Virus record (IMG/VR): IMGVR_UViG_3300028840_003924
Coordinates: 32,001 to 96,000 of that record
Strand: one strand, 5' to 3'
DNA from: a virus
Length of the DNA stretch: 64,000 nt
Made by a program: the position numbers and the translations under genes. Positions 9,182-18,153 of this stretch are shown in pieces. Every line of letters starts with the position of its first letter. Within the stretch, counting starts at the first letter, position 1. The notes beneath the pieces were generated by a model. The model had not been told where the DNA came from. It was given only the letters and a program-made list of their open reading frames with translations, and made no database searches.

Positions 9182-10681
9182 ATGGGCTTTATGAACCTTT
9201 TCAAGCTGTGGGGGACCTACATCAGTGACCCCACTAAGAAAGTAACATCAACGAGAGATGTGAAAGTGAAACGCACGAAAAAGCAACAAGTCATGCGATA
9301 TCTGCTGAATGATCCTGCTACGCCCAACTTGGTATTGGACCGTAAGTCTAATCGTCTTCCAACGGTCTACCCACCTTTTAGTGTACGTGGCTATGTGGGT
9401 AACCGAATCCAAATGTGGACGCCCGAGTGGCGTGCTGCGCAGATACACCATGCCTTTGTCGATACATTGCATACTATGCAACCGGCTTTCAAAAAAGCCC
9501 CTCGACGTTGGCCGGGGACACGCCAACTAAAACTGATTCCGAATGCCGGTCGTGACTTCAACGCTTACTATGATAGGCACCACCTGTGCTTCTTCCATGA
9601 TCTTGATCCGGTAAAGAAGAAGATGGTTTACAGCGGCGAATCGGTAGACATCGTTGCCCACGAAGCTGGGCACGCTTTACTCGATGCTATTCGCCCGAGA
9701 TTCTGGAATATGCAAGCGTTAGAGATATGGGCGTTCCACGAAGCGTGGTCAGACATCGTTGCCCTTCTTACAGTTATGAAGCATGACAAAGTGCTAAAGC
9801 ATGTACTGAATCAAACCCAAGGCGATTTGACAAAGCCAAACATAGTAGCGATGCTTGGTGAAGAGATGGGCACCGGAATCTACCACGTCGCCCTTGAGGG
9901 ATATGGCTACAAGCCAGGGCGGCTGCGAGATGCCAACAACAAATTCGTCTACAAAGCTCCAGAAAAGCTTCCTAAGGACGCTCCCGACGACAAGTTAGCT
10001 CGTGAGTGCCATAGCTTTGGCCGGGTTTTCTTAGGAGCTTTCTATGAAATCATGACGAAGGTCTTTCGCTACGAAGTTAACGATGGCCACGATTCTATGG
10101 AGGCCCTACGTCGAACTCGACATGTATGTGCCAAATTGATTGCTAGGTCTGCGCAAGCTGCACCAGCTACACCTCGTTTCTACGACGCAGTGGCCAGAAC
10201 CATGCTGGGTGTCGACAAAGGTCTCGGTGGAAAATTCGGCCATATCTTACGACAGGTTTTCAACTCCAGAAAAATTCTGAGTCGGCGAAGTATCAAAGCA
10301 CAAGCTGCCGTGAAGCTCAACGAAGTCGAGATTAAAGAAGGCGATAACGTAGATGAATACAACGAGTTCACCACTATCACCAAACAGTCGGTCAAAACTG
10401 TAAAACTGGCTGATCACTTTGGTGTACGAGCGCAAGGTGATAACCCACTCTACGAGTGCGAAATTGAAGTGCCAAATAGCACATACATGGAGTTCGATGC
10501 CGAAGGCAACATGGTGAATAGTGTCGCTACTTCGCCACGCATTGCAATCAATTCGGCTCGTGACTGCATCAATTTCTTGCACGATAAGAATATGGTGGGC
10601 GAATCATCGGTCGTGCCGGATGTGGCAGGCCCGCAATTTTCAGTTGTCGATGGAAAATTAGTCAGGAATTTCTTCATCTAA
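9182..10681 (+). CDS. Gluzincin zinc metalloprotease (M4/M36 thermolysin/fungalysin-like)
   Basis: FNAYY, HEAGH (HExxH), third ligand AFHEAWSD, ECHSFGRV. AGGAGG RBS before ATG 9182. Confidence 0.85.
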   Translation: MGFMNLFKLWGTYISDPTKKVTSTRDVKVKRTKKQQVMRYLLNDPATPNLVLDRKSNRLPTVYPPFSVRGYVGNRIQMWTPEWRAAQIHHAFVDTLHTMQPAFKKAPRRWPGTRQLKLIPNAGRDFNAYYDRHHLCFFHDLDPVKKKMVYSGESVDIVAHEAGHALLDAIRPRFWNMQALEIWAFHEAWSDIVALLTVMKHDKVLKHVLNQTQGDLTKPNIVAMLGEEMGTGIYHVALEGYGYKPGRLRDANNKFVYKAPEKLPKDAPDDKLARECHSFGRVFLGAFYEIMTKVFRYEVNDGHDSMEALRRTRHVCAKLIARSAQAAPATPRFYDAVARTMLGVDKGLGGKFGHILRQVFNSRKILSRRSIKAQAAVKLNEVEIKEGDNVDEYNEFTTITKQSVKTVKLADHFGVRAQGDNPLYECEIEVPNSTYMEFDAEGNMVNSVATSPRIAINSARDCINFLHDKNMVGESSVVPDVAGPQFSVVDGKLVRNFFI

Positions 10682-10701
10682 AGGGTCCGAAAAGCCGATA
10701 A
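10674..10701 (+). promoter_or_regulatory. Sigma28-like promoter
   Basis: TCATC-N15-GCCGATAA before thioredoxin. Confidence 0.55.
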
Positions 10702-10732
10702 AGGTAAAAAGGACTCTTATGGAGAAATCAAG

Positions 10733-11047
10733 ATGTTGGAATTGACCAAAGCAAATTTCAAAGAAGAAGTACTGGACTCCGATAAGCCCGTTCTGGTGGA
10801 TTTCTGGGCCCAATGGTGTGGCCCGTGCCGTCAACTGGCTCCCACTATGGAGGAGATCGATGCCGAATTAGGCGATAACGTCAAGATCGGTAAAGTCGAC
10901 ATCCAGAAACAAATCGAACTAGCCCAAGAGTGGAAGGTTTCCGCCATACCAACCGTGATCATCTTCCAAGATGGCAAAGTAGTAGATAGCGTGATTGGGC
11001 TTCAACCAAAAGCGGCTTATGTCGAACACGTTCAATCGCTTCTATAG
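10733..11047 (+). CDS. trxA: Thioredoxin
   Basis: VLVDFWAQWCGPC, SAIPT. Confidence 0.95.
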   Translation: MLELTKANFKEEVLDSDKPVLVDFWAQWCGPCRQLAPTMEEIDAELGDNVKIGKVDIQKQIELAQEWKVSAIPTVIIFQDGKVVDSVIGLQPKAAYVEHVQSLL

Positions 11048-11463
11048 CGATTTAAGCGATCCGGCATTTCCCGATAGTCAATAATGTCCAGTTGGTCTTG
11101 TAACTCAGTGAAGATCAGATCGGCGTATGGTTTATCTCCCATGAAGTTGACTCGTATACTGACTTTTGAAATGAAGGGCTCGATCTTCACCACATTGATC
11201 TTAAACCGGTCATTTTCGCCGACTTCAACATAGTAATCGCCGTCACCCTTATCCTCGTCGGCGTGAACGGGATACTCAAACTTAGCCACTGTTCGCTTGA
11301 CAGCCTTGTATGCGGTTCTACTATCCGTGGCGAAATAGGCGTGTCCCTCCCCAGCCCTCCAAGCTACGTAAGCATTAACCGCAGGGCCGAATATCGGTAT
11401 TATCTCACAACCGGCAAAGGCTAGAGGAAGCATCATCATCATACAAACCAACGCTTTCTTCAT
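11032..11463 (-). CDS. Lipoprotein, DUF3568-like
   Basis: Lipobox LAFAG-C. C-terminal SKVSIRVNFMGD...I...L pattern. Confidence 0.6.
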   Translation of the reverse strand: MKKALVCMMMMLPLAFAGCEIIPIFGPAVNAYVAWRAGEGHAYFATDSRTAYKAVKRTVAKFEYPVHADEDKGDGDYYVEVGENDRFKINVVKIEPFISKVSIRVNFMGDKPYADLIFTELQDQLDIIDYREMPDRLNRYRSD

Positions 11464-11517
11464 TTCTTATCCTACTGCTACTAGATAGTGGTAACCACAA
11501 GTTAAGAGAGTAAGATT

Positions 11518-12591
11518 ATGAGACGATTTGATGAGTGGTACGACGAATATCTCTTACAAGAGGCCGATCCGACTGTTCTTAGCCCCCCACCGGGCCCACC
11601 CGGTGGGCCACCAAAAGCAAAAGCACCATCGTCTTTCGGCCAATGGGCAGCACAACGACAAACGGTACCGCAAAAAATAGCCCAAACTGGGCTATCCATG
11701 ATTGGTAAGGGGGGCGACCCGAAAACTACCTTGCGACAAGGGGAAGAAGCCCAACGTCTAGCAGCCCTAGGATACCAGTATGAAGACTTTGGCGACTATG
11801 TCGCCCGAGATGTTCAAGATAGAAAATCAAAGGAACTTGCTCAAGCCCTTTTCGATACCTTCAAGCGAAAAGCGCCATCTGCAAGCGCAACCACCGAAGC
11901 AGCGATGGCTGAAGCAGCTAAACAAACAGCAGAGCTTATCACTAAAGGTGGCGAACTCGGGGCAGAATCATTTACCGATATGCTTACAACGGTTCATAGG
12001 GATACAGCCATTGACGATCAAACTAAGTCGCAAGCATGGCCAGACCATTTGACTGTCTTTACGCAAATGGTAAGCCCAACTTTCCTCGCAAGACCAGATT
12101 TGTGGTATAGACCCTATATTAACGATCCCAAACAACGACTACACACCGCAGCCTCTGTCAACAACGGTAGCTTTTCCGCTTACGACGAAAAGTGGGAGAA
12201 GGATGAAAGAAATGTGGCAGCGAAAGTCGCTCAGGCAGGTGAGGAGATCGACGTTATTAACACTGTGGCATCTTCCGTTCCTGCGGGTACCGTCCCTTAT
12301 GATCTGCTGAAATTATTTGCCGACCGTACCTACCAACAAATCGAGAAACAGGGAGGGAAGCCAAAATATGACCGATATGATGCCGATAGTCGCTTATGGG
12401 CGCTCTCTATGGAATACGCCCAAGGGCAACCTAGACCACCGACACCACCCCCTGTATCGCCACCACCGGTAACACCACCACCACCACCACCGGTAACACC
12501 GGCACCACCAGGGGTACCGGGAGGACCGGGAGTTCCGGCGCAACCACCGGGAGTGCCGGTTACGGGAACTAGAGGTTCAAGACTTCCCTAA
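11518..12591 (+). CDS. Pro-rich protein with capsid-targeting-like leader
   Basis: Starts MRRFDEWYDEYLLQEA. C-terminal PPPV(S/T)P repeats. CTAGATAG at 11481-11488. Confidence 0.7.
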   Translation: MRRFDEWYDEYLLQEADPTVLSPPPGPPGGPPKAKAPSSFGQWAAQRQTVPQKIAQTGLSMIGKGGDPKTTLRQGEEAQRLAALGYQYEDFGDYVARDVQDRKSKELAQALFDTFKRKAPSASATTEAAMAEAAKQTAELITKGGELGAESFTDMLTTVHRDTAIDDQTKSQAWPDHLTVFTQMVSPTFLARPDLWYRPYINDPKQRLHTAASVNNGSFSAYDEKWEKDERNVAAKVAQAGEEIDVINTVASSVPAGTVPYDLLKLFADRTYQQIEKQGGKPKYDRYDADSRLWALSMEYAQGQPRPPTPPPVSPPPVTPPPPPPVTPAPPGVPGGPGVPAQPPGVPVTGTRGSRLP

Positions 12592-12758
12592 CGTTTCTTC
12601 ATACGTTTCTTCATACCACGAGATGGTAGTTCAACTACAGGAAGAGCTTGCGGTCGACCACGCTTGGCGTCATCACGATGTAAAGCAGCTACTCGGCCCA
12701 CGGAAGGGGTCGGTTCTCTCAAGCCTTCGTTTTGTAATAGCCAGTCTTTGAATCGCAT
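12588..12758 (-). CDS. Small basic protein (56 aa) with capsid-targeting-like leader
   Basis: Manual translation: MRFKDWLLQNEGLREPTPSVGRVAALHRDDAKRGRPQALPVVELPSRGMKKRMKKR. Below the ORF-track cutoff. Confidence 0.65.
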   Translation of the reverse strand: MRFKDWLLQNEGLREPTPSVGRVAALHRDDAKRGRPQALPVVELPSRGMKKRMKKR

Positions 12759-12804
12759 GATCTTACTCTATATATGGCAGTGATCCCAAACATGAGAGAA
12801 TCGG

Positions 12805-13314
12805 ATGAACAAGAAACCACAGCTTTTGACCCTTTTGGAAGTCAAGCACTATCGTGACGGCAAATGCATCTGGGAAGAACACAATATCCCCAACACATGG
12901 CACAACGAAGGTCAGGAGTTCGTTTTAGCGAACAGTTTCGATACCGACTTCGGCACCTCAATACCGGATTACTACTACCTTGCCCTCGATAATCGCACCA
13001 CGCTTTCAGCTACTGACACTATGGCTAGCATTACAGGTGAGCCCACTAGTAATGGTTATGAACGTGTGGCCATTAGTTCGTCCGCAGGATTCGTAATTGG
13101 TGCTGAGTCTGGGGTAGTAGAGGCCACAAGTGCTATCGTCACTTTCGTCGCAACCATCGGTTCCTGGGGCCCGGTACGGAACGCTTTCTTAACAACACGG
13201 GATGACAATGGTGGTTACCTAATTGCTAGCGCTGCCCTCAGTAGCATACGCACCGTGAATCCTGGTGATTCCATCACCATCAGAATCAACCTATCATTAG
13301 CTGGTTGTTCCTAA
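12805..13314 (+). CDS. Putative virion tail-associated structural protein
   Basis: YYLAL...EPTSNGYERVAI...VTF.A..SWG.V....L....G.LI....L...RTV..GD is a common minor-tail pattern. Confidence 0.6.
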   Translation: MNKKPQLLTLLEVKHYRDGKCIWEEHNIPNTWHNEGQEFVLANSFDTDFGTSIPDYYYLALDNRTTLSATDTMASITGEPTSNGYERVAISSSAGFVIGAESGVVEATSAIVTFVATIGSWGPVRNAFLTTRDDNGGYLIASAALSSIRTVNPGDSITIRINLSLAGCS

Positions 13315-13742
13315 ACCAACGTCTTGAGTAAGACTTCCGAATCACTGATGTTGACGAAGTTCAAGACAGGGTAGATAGTTTCTTCGATCTCCCACTTACC
13401 CTTGTATACGAAATTCACGGAAGCTGCGCCAAGGTCTTTCGGATCAAGCAACTTGCCACGAACATTCTTACTTATCAAGCTTAAGTAAAAGCCAACCTCT
13501 TCGGGCTCGATAACTGCGCTTCTCTTCTTGTTGGTCACTCTATAACGACAGATGATCTCACTAGCAGGCTCATCAGTAGTGGAATTTCGGCGATTTTTCT
13601 TGGGCAATCCGCTGCTCCAAACGGGAACATACCAACCGGTTGTCGTGATCAAAGTGCCGTCAGAATTGTACAAAGCATACCGCTCACCTCTATCGAGGAA
13701 AATGTAGTGCGAAATCACAAGACAAATCGATTTGGAAGCCAT
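13311..13742 (-). CDS. Hypothetical protein
   Basis: 143-aa ORF with AGGAG RBS. Confidence 0.6.
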   Translation of the reverse strand: MASKSICLVISHYIFLDRGERYALYNSDGTLITTTGWYVPVWSSGLPKKNRRNSTTDEPASEIICRYRVTNKKRSAVIEPEEVGFYLSLISKNVRGKLLDPKDLGAASVNFVYKGKWEIEETIYPVLNFVNISDSEVLLKTLV

Positions 13743-13788
13743 TCAAACATCTCCTATATACATTAGATCGTCAATTCGGAGATTCGGC

Positions 13789-14754
13789 ATGAATGATTTT
13801 GGGCGTTTACGCTTCGCTATCACCCTCTTTGCTATTTTTGCACTTAGCTTCGCCCTTACTCTGGACCTCAAAAAGTCGCCGATAATGCCCCCAACAATCA
13901 TTGAACTGGGTCCTAAACTTGGCATGCCGGTCATAAAAGTCAACCTCCCAGAACTGAACGGGCGTGAACCAATCGCTAAGCGGTCCACACGGTTTGAAAC
14001 TTACTTACAATGCTCTGTCAAGATTCATGTCAAACAAGGAATTGGCTCTGGGACCATTTGCTACTATGACGAAGCAACCAACGAAGCATACATCATATCG
14101 TGCGGACATCTTTTCAAAGGTACGAAGAAACCCAACCAGCGAACTTCCGACTATGCCAAGATCAACGTCTTCTACAAGAATGACTATAAACTGGACACTC
14201 CACAACAGTTTGATGCAAAAGTTCTCTGTTATGACCAAACTACCGACTTGTCGCTATTGATGTTCAAACCCGACTGGCCGATCCAGAGCTACTTCCCCAT
14301 CGCACCACTCGATTACCCAATTATCTGGGGAGAGGACCTCGAATCCACCGGTTGTGACGGGGACACACCCCCAGCAGCATACACCGTGTCCATGGTCGAG
14401 GAGGATGAGGGCAACTTGATCTCAAAAGACAATAGCCCCCGACCCGGTCGATCCGGAGGCGGTTTGTTTAGCCCAGATGGTTACCTGATTGGTGTTGTTT
14501 GGGCTACATCTGACGTATCGGGAACGGGCTATGGTTTCTATATTCCATTATCTCGTATCCACGCATACCTATCGCAGTTTGATGAGGTGGCGTGGCTTTT
14601 GGAAGGTGGGGAACAATGGAGCATTATCAATACGCTGCCGCTTCAAAAGCCGGATGGCCGCACCGGCAACTTGCCGCCAAGGTACCTCCCATTACCTCAG
14701 AGTCGCTCAACGATCTTTCGGGAACATTCAGGGTCGGCGATGCGTAGGAATTGA
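13789..14754 (+). CDS. Trypsin-like serine protease with N-terminal signal/TM
   Basis: GSGTI, ISCGH (His), DLSLL (Asp), PGRSGGGLF (Ser), LIGV. GGAG RBS before ATG 13789. Confidence 0.85.
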   Translation: MNDFGRLRFAITLFAIFALSFALTLDLKKSPIMPPTIIELGPKLGMPVIKVNLPELNGREPIAKRSTRFETYLQCSVKIHVKQGIGSGTICYYDEATNEAYIISCGHLFKGTKKPNQRTSDYAKINVFYKNDYKLDTPQQFDAKVLCYDQTTDLSLLMFKPDWPIQSYFPIAPLDYPIIWGEDLESTGCDGDTPPAAYTVSMVEEDEGNLISKDNSPRPGRSGGGLFSPDGYLIGVVWATSDVSGTGYGFYIPLSRIHAYLSQFDEVAWLLEGGEQWSIINTLPLQKPDGRTGNLPPRYLPLPQSRSTIFREHSGSAMRRN

Positions 14755-15035
14755 AGGCATTTCATCGAAGTGTCGAAATCACCACAGCACTCGTAAATCT
14801 TGTCCGCCTTGTCAACATATTCTTCAACAATGTCAGATACCACCGTAGGTCCGAAGAGGACTTCGTATCGTTCTTCCGCATCGAAGTAAGACAAGAACAA
14901 AGAGGCGGCAATGCGACGTAAGGCTTCTTCCCGTCTTGTTCGGGGCGTGTCCTTTGTCTTCCGCACGGCGAATAGCTTCTCTACCGCATCTCGCTCAGCC
15001 TGTAGCTCCACATCAGTTTGAGTAAGGTGTGTCAT
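14697..15035 (-). CDS. Hypothetical protein
   Basis: AGGAG RBS. 112 aa. Confidence 0.6.
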   Translation of the reverse strand: MTHLTQTDVELQAERDAVEKLFAVRKTKDTPRTRREEALRRIAASLFLSYFDAEERYEVLFGPTVVSDIVEEYVDKADKIYECCGDFDTSMKCLQFLRIADPECSRKIVERL

Positions 15036-15077
15036 ACTAACTCCTTTTAGACTAAGAGAGTTAGATATAGCGATTTA

Positions 15078-15665
15078 TCAATAACCAGCAGCAACCAGGG
15101 CATTGCTAAGATAGGCATCTATAACTTCCCAAAGGCCAATCCTCTTTTCATCATAGGGGTCATTTTTGAGAATGACTTCATTTAACCTACGGGCTTGTGA
15201 CAGGTCGATTGGTTGGTTACTGAAGTATTTCATATTTAGGAAGGCATCTTCGTGGTGAGTTGCCAACTCACCATCTACACTCACCAAGGGCTCTTTCTCA
15301 GCCATGTGAGACCCTTTACCATCATAGAACTCCCTCCACACACGGGTAGCCTCGGGATTCATCTGAGTTCTTACACGGTTGGGGCAAAGGCCGTTGGGCG
15401 ACAACTGCATACCGATAAGGTAGATGATTGGTCCGAAACCGTGTTCCGCAGCCACCCCCTCTGTCTCTTGGCAGTCATATCTTGCATTGTAACGAGTCTG
15501 AAGTGCCGCAACGACACCCTCATCGCTAAACTCGGTTCGCCGCAAGAGCATATTCCGTACCGACTCAGGACGATAGAGTCCGATCAGGCCGTCTGCCTGG
15601 AATAAAGCCAGACCATGGATATTCGGTAAGTTGGCTTCGGCATAGAAGTATTGGGCAAATCTCAT
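15078..15665 (-). CDS. GNAT-like protein with capsid-targeting-like leader
   Basis: Starts MRFAQYFYAEA. VAAEHGFGPIIYLIGM...GL....MNPEATRVW resembles acetyl-CoA motif A and the downstream A..VW motif. Confidence 0.5.
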   Translation of the reverse strand: MRFAQYFYAEANLPNIHGLALFQADGLIGLYRPESVRNMLLRRTEFSDEGVVAALQTRYNARYDCQETEGVAAEHGFGPIIYLIGMQLSPNGLCPNRVRTQMNPEATRVWREFYDGKGSHMAEKEPLVSVDGELATHHEDAFLNMKYFSNQPIDLSQARRLNEVILKNDPYDEKRIGLWEVIDAYLSNALVAAGY

Positions 15666-15668
15666 GCC

Positions 15669-16463
15669 CTATTTACTGAATCTGTTGCACAAAAATGGAC
15701 AGATTTCGTTGTATTCACACCTCTCACATTGTCTACCGACCCAGGCATGAACATTATCAGCATTGGCGAGTTCGATTTCTTTATAGGTCACTAGAAGTTG
15801 TTTCTTAGTTTGTTCCAAAACCTCTTCTGTGAATGGCGTGCCTACGAAGTGATTGTAATCGACGTACATGAGACCAGCAACGATGTCCTTCACATCTACA
15901 CCCAACTTCTCGTGAACCACCATCGTATAGCATTGCAACTGAAGGTCTTCGTCTACATCCTTCTGGGTCTTACACCAACGGCTCTTTTTGGTAGTCTTGT
16001 AATCGATAATCCAATGCTTTCCTTTCGACTCCACAATCCGGTCGATGAAACCATAGACGCATCGATTGTTGGGTGGGTCGAGATCGTACTCAAACCCCCA
16101 TTCGCATATGCCGCCGAAGCCGAACTTCTTTGTAAGAAGCAACACAGACCTCAAGTGCTTCGTGAGCTTGCTGGTATACGACTTTGGAAGCAACTCTATT
16201 GGCGGTTTGGGTGGTTTTTCGCCCTCAGCCAAGTCCTCCAATAGGATAACACCATCGAGACATTGACGGCGAATCTCATTGATGTCTTTCTCGCCCTCAC
16301 CTTTGACATACTCTTCGGCGATTTTGTGTACAAGCTTACCATACAGAAAGTATGGTGGGTCTGGTCGTGGTGGTGGCACCTTCAGGTGATATCGAAATTT
16401 GTACTTTTGTCTACACTCTTCCCACAACCGATGGCGGGATACGGACATATGATCAATATTCAT
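15669..16463 (-). CDS. PD-(D/E)XK RecB/AddB-like nuclease with Cys cluster
   Basis: SVS...C..KY, GKLVH, GFIDRI, IIDYKT, QLQCY, C..C.Y..IC. True start probably ATG 16463. Confidence 0.88.
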   Translation of the reverse strand: MNIDHMSVSRHRLWEECRQKYKFRYHLKVPPPRPDPPYFLYGKLVHKIAEEYVKGEGEKDINEIRRQCLDGVILLEDLAEGEKPPKPPIELLPKSYTSKLTKHLRSVLLLTKKFGFGGICEWGFEYDLDPPNNRCVYGFIDRIVESKGKHWIIDYKTTKKSRWCKTQKDVDEDLQLQCYTMVVHEKLGVDVKDIVAGLMYVDYNHFVGTPFTEEVLEQTKKQLLVTYKEIELANADNVHAWVGRQCERCEYNEICPFLCNRFSK

Positions 16464-16470
16464 ATTAGTG

Positions 16471-16498
16471 TTATCGACATATCGGCCTGATATCTTAA
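16471..16498 (-). promoter_or_regulatory. Sigma28-like promoter, probably leaderless transcript
   Basis: TTAAG-N15-GTCGATAA, with the ATG 7 nt downstream and no RBS. Confidence 0.6.
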
Positions 16499-16533
16499 GG
16501 CAAAATACTCCTTTAGGCTTTAAGGAGGGTGAA

Positions 16534-17211
16534 ATGAAGATTTTTCTACGAGACCGGAACCCAGGAATGATCAGCGCCTGGAAGAAGCACTTCTCAGAGT
16601 GTAATGATGTTGATATCTCATTGGGAGATATCTTTGAAGGCTTCAACCACAAGGTAGACGCCATCGTCAGCCCGGCCAACAGTTTTGGCTTCATGGATGG
16701 GGGAATCGATTACGTCTATAGCATGAAGTTTGGTTGGGAGATGTCTGAGCGGTTGCGTAAAGAGATTCTCGCTATCTACGGCGGCGAGCTTCTTGTGGGC
16801 TCGGCCCACGTCATCGAAACGGGCAGCGAGGACATTCCTTGGTTGATCTGCGCCCCCACGATGCGGGTTCCCATGGATGTTTCTGACACTGTAAATGCCT
16901 TCCTTGCTTTCAGAGCCGCCCTCTACGCTGTAAACCTCCATAATTGGCGAGCCGAAAACAAGGACAAAGAACTCCAAAAAATCGAATCTATCCTTTGCCC
17001 CGGTCTCGGAACTGCCGTAGGTGAAATGCCTTATACGATTTGCGCACAACAGATGCATATTGCATACCGACATTGTATCCAGAAAAATATCCCAGTCTAT
17101 GAGAACTTGGGAGATGCATATCGGGTGCATTACATGATGGTGGGAGCGATGGGCCAAACGCCTCAAACCGCAATCAAATTGGCCATTCCAAAGACCGATG
17201 ACGAAGCTTAA
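16534..17211 (+). CDS. Macro-domain protein (ADP-ribose binding/hydrolase)
   Basis: GDI, DAIVSPANSFGFMDGGID, APTM, PGLGT. AGGAGG RBS before ATG 16534. Confidence 0.9.
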   Translation: MKIFLRDRNPGMISAWKKHFSECNDVDISLGDIFEGFNHKVDAIVSPANSFGFMDGGIDYVYSMKFGWEMSERLRKEILAIYGGELLVGSAHVIETGSEDIPWLICAPTMRVPMDVSDTVNAFLAFRAALYAVNLHNWRAENKDKELQKIESILCPGLGTAVGEMPYTICAQQMHIAYRHCIQKNIPVYENLGDAYRVHYMMVGAMGQTPQTAIKLAIPKTDDEA

Positions 17212-18089
17212 CCGGCAAACATCTCATCGAAGCCATGATCTACAGCCCATTTAGCTAACTCGTAGACTGCCTTTGCGGCTCTTACGATACGCCCTGCGTC
17301 AAGTCCGCCCTGGTAAATCCGAGGGCCTTCACTCTCGGGGTCAGGACCCTGAGGCTCTTTGGTATACATCGTGGCCCAGTTGTAGATATCGCCTCCCATG
17401 CGATCATAAGCTCGAATGTAGTCCGAGGCTTTGAAGTTGTAACCCCGCCACTCCCCCTCCTCTTCAGGAGGCTCTTCACCGGCCAACTGTGAAACCACAC
17501 CTTGCACTGGGTCAGGACCAGCCGAAGGTAAGTCAAACAAGTCTTCAAATAGCGCTTTCGCCGTTGGGAATCCCATGTTGACATCGGGCGGCATATCTGC
17601 TTTCTCGATTGCCTGTGGATCGAGCTTAATAGGAATACGAATGACACGGGTTTTGTCTAGTTGACCACCGCTCGCCCCAAGGTACTCTCTCTTGATATCC
17701 TCGTCCGACTCGGGCCATTTTCGCAAATCTCTTGTTAGAGCATCCGCATAACTTTCTTCTCTCGGCTCACCCATTGTACCACCCACCTTTTCCACGTATT
17801 CCTTAATCTTCGTAAGGATCGGTCGAATCATATCGGGTGGGATTTCAGAATTGGGTCTATTCATATAGAGATTGACAATGCCCTCAAGGTTGAAGTGGTC
17901 GTCGCCATCTGGAGAGATTTGTTCGTATCCCATTGGTACTATTGGATGAACTGCTCGCATCAACTCATTCGTTAGACTCAGTAAATCTTCAGGAACCCGC
18001 CTAGCATGTAACTCTCTCCATTGGTCTTGGGTCATCGAAACACCCACATCCACACTCTCATTCAGTTTTACCCATTCTCTAAATCGCAT
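17208..18089 (-). CDS. Hypothetical protein with capsid-targeting-like leader
   Basis: Starts MRFREWVKLNES. GGAGG RBS. Confidence 0.7.
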   Translation of the reverse strand: MRFREWVKLNESVDVGVSMTQDQWRELHARRVPEDLLSLTNELMRAVHPIVPMGYEQISPDGDDHFNLEGIVNLYMNRPNSEIPPDMIRPILTKIKEYVEKVGGTMGEPREESYADALTRDLRKWPESDEDIKREYLGASGGQLDKTRVIRIPIKLDPQAIEKADMPPDVNMGFPTAKALFEDLFDLPSAGPDPVQGVVSQLAGEEPPEEEGEWRGYNFKASDYIRAYDRMGGDIYNWATMYTKEPQGPDPESEGPRIYQGGLDAGRIVRAAKAVYELAKWAVDHGFDEMFAG

Positions 18090-18118
18090 TGTACCTCCGC
18101 AGAATTACTATATTGTAT

Positions 18119-18146
18119 TCAAGTTTGGCGTCATTTCTGCCGATAC
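18119..18146 (+). promoter_or_regulatory. Sigma28-like promoter, probably leaderless transcript
   Basis: TCAAG-N15-GCCGATAC, with the primase ATG 7 nt downstream and no RBS. Confidence 0.7.
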
Positions 18147-18153
18147 TAGAAAT

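Noticed and set aside
15669-16463. Cas4 / CRISPR-Cas locus
   Set aside because: Generic PD-(D/E)XK phage nuclease with no cas1/cas2 or array nearby.
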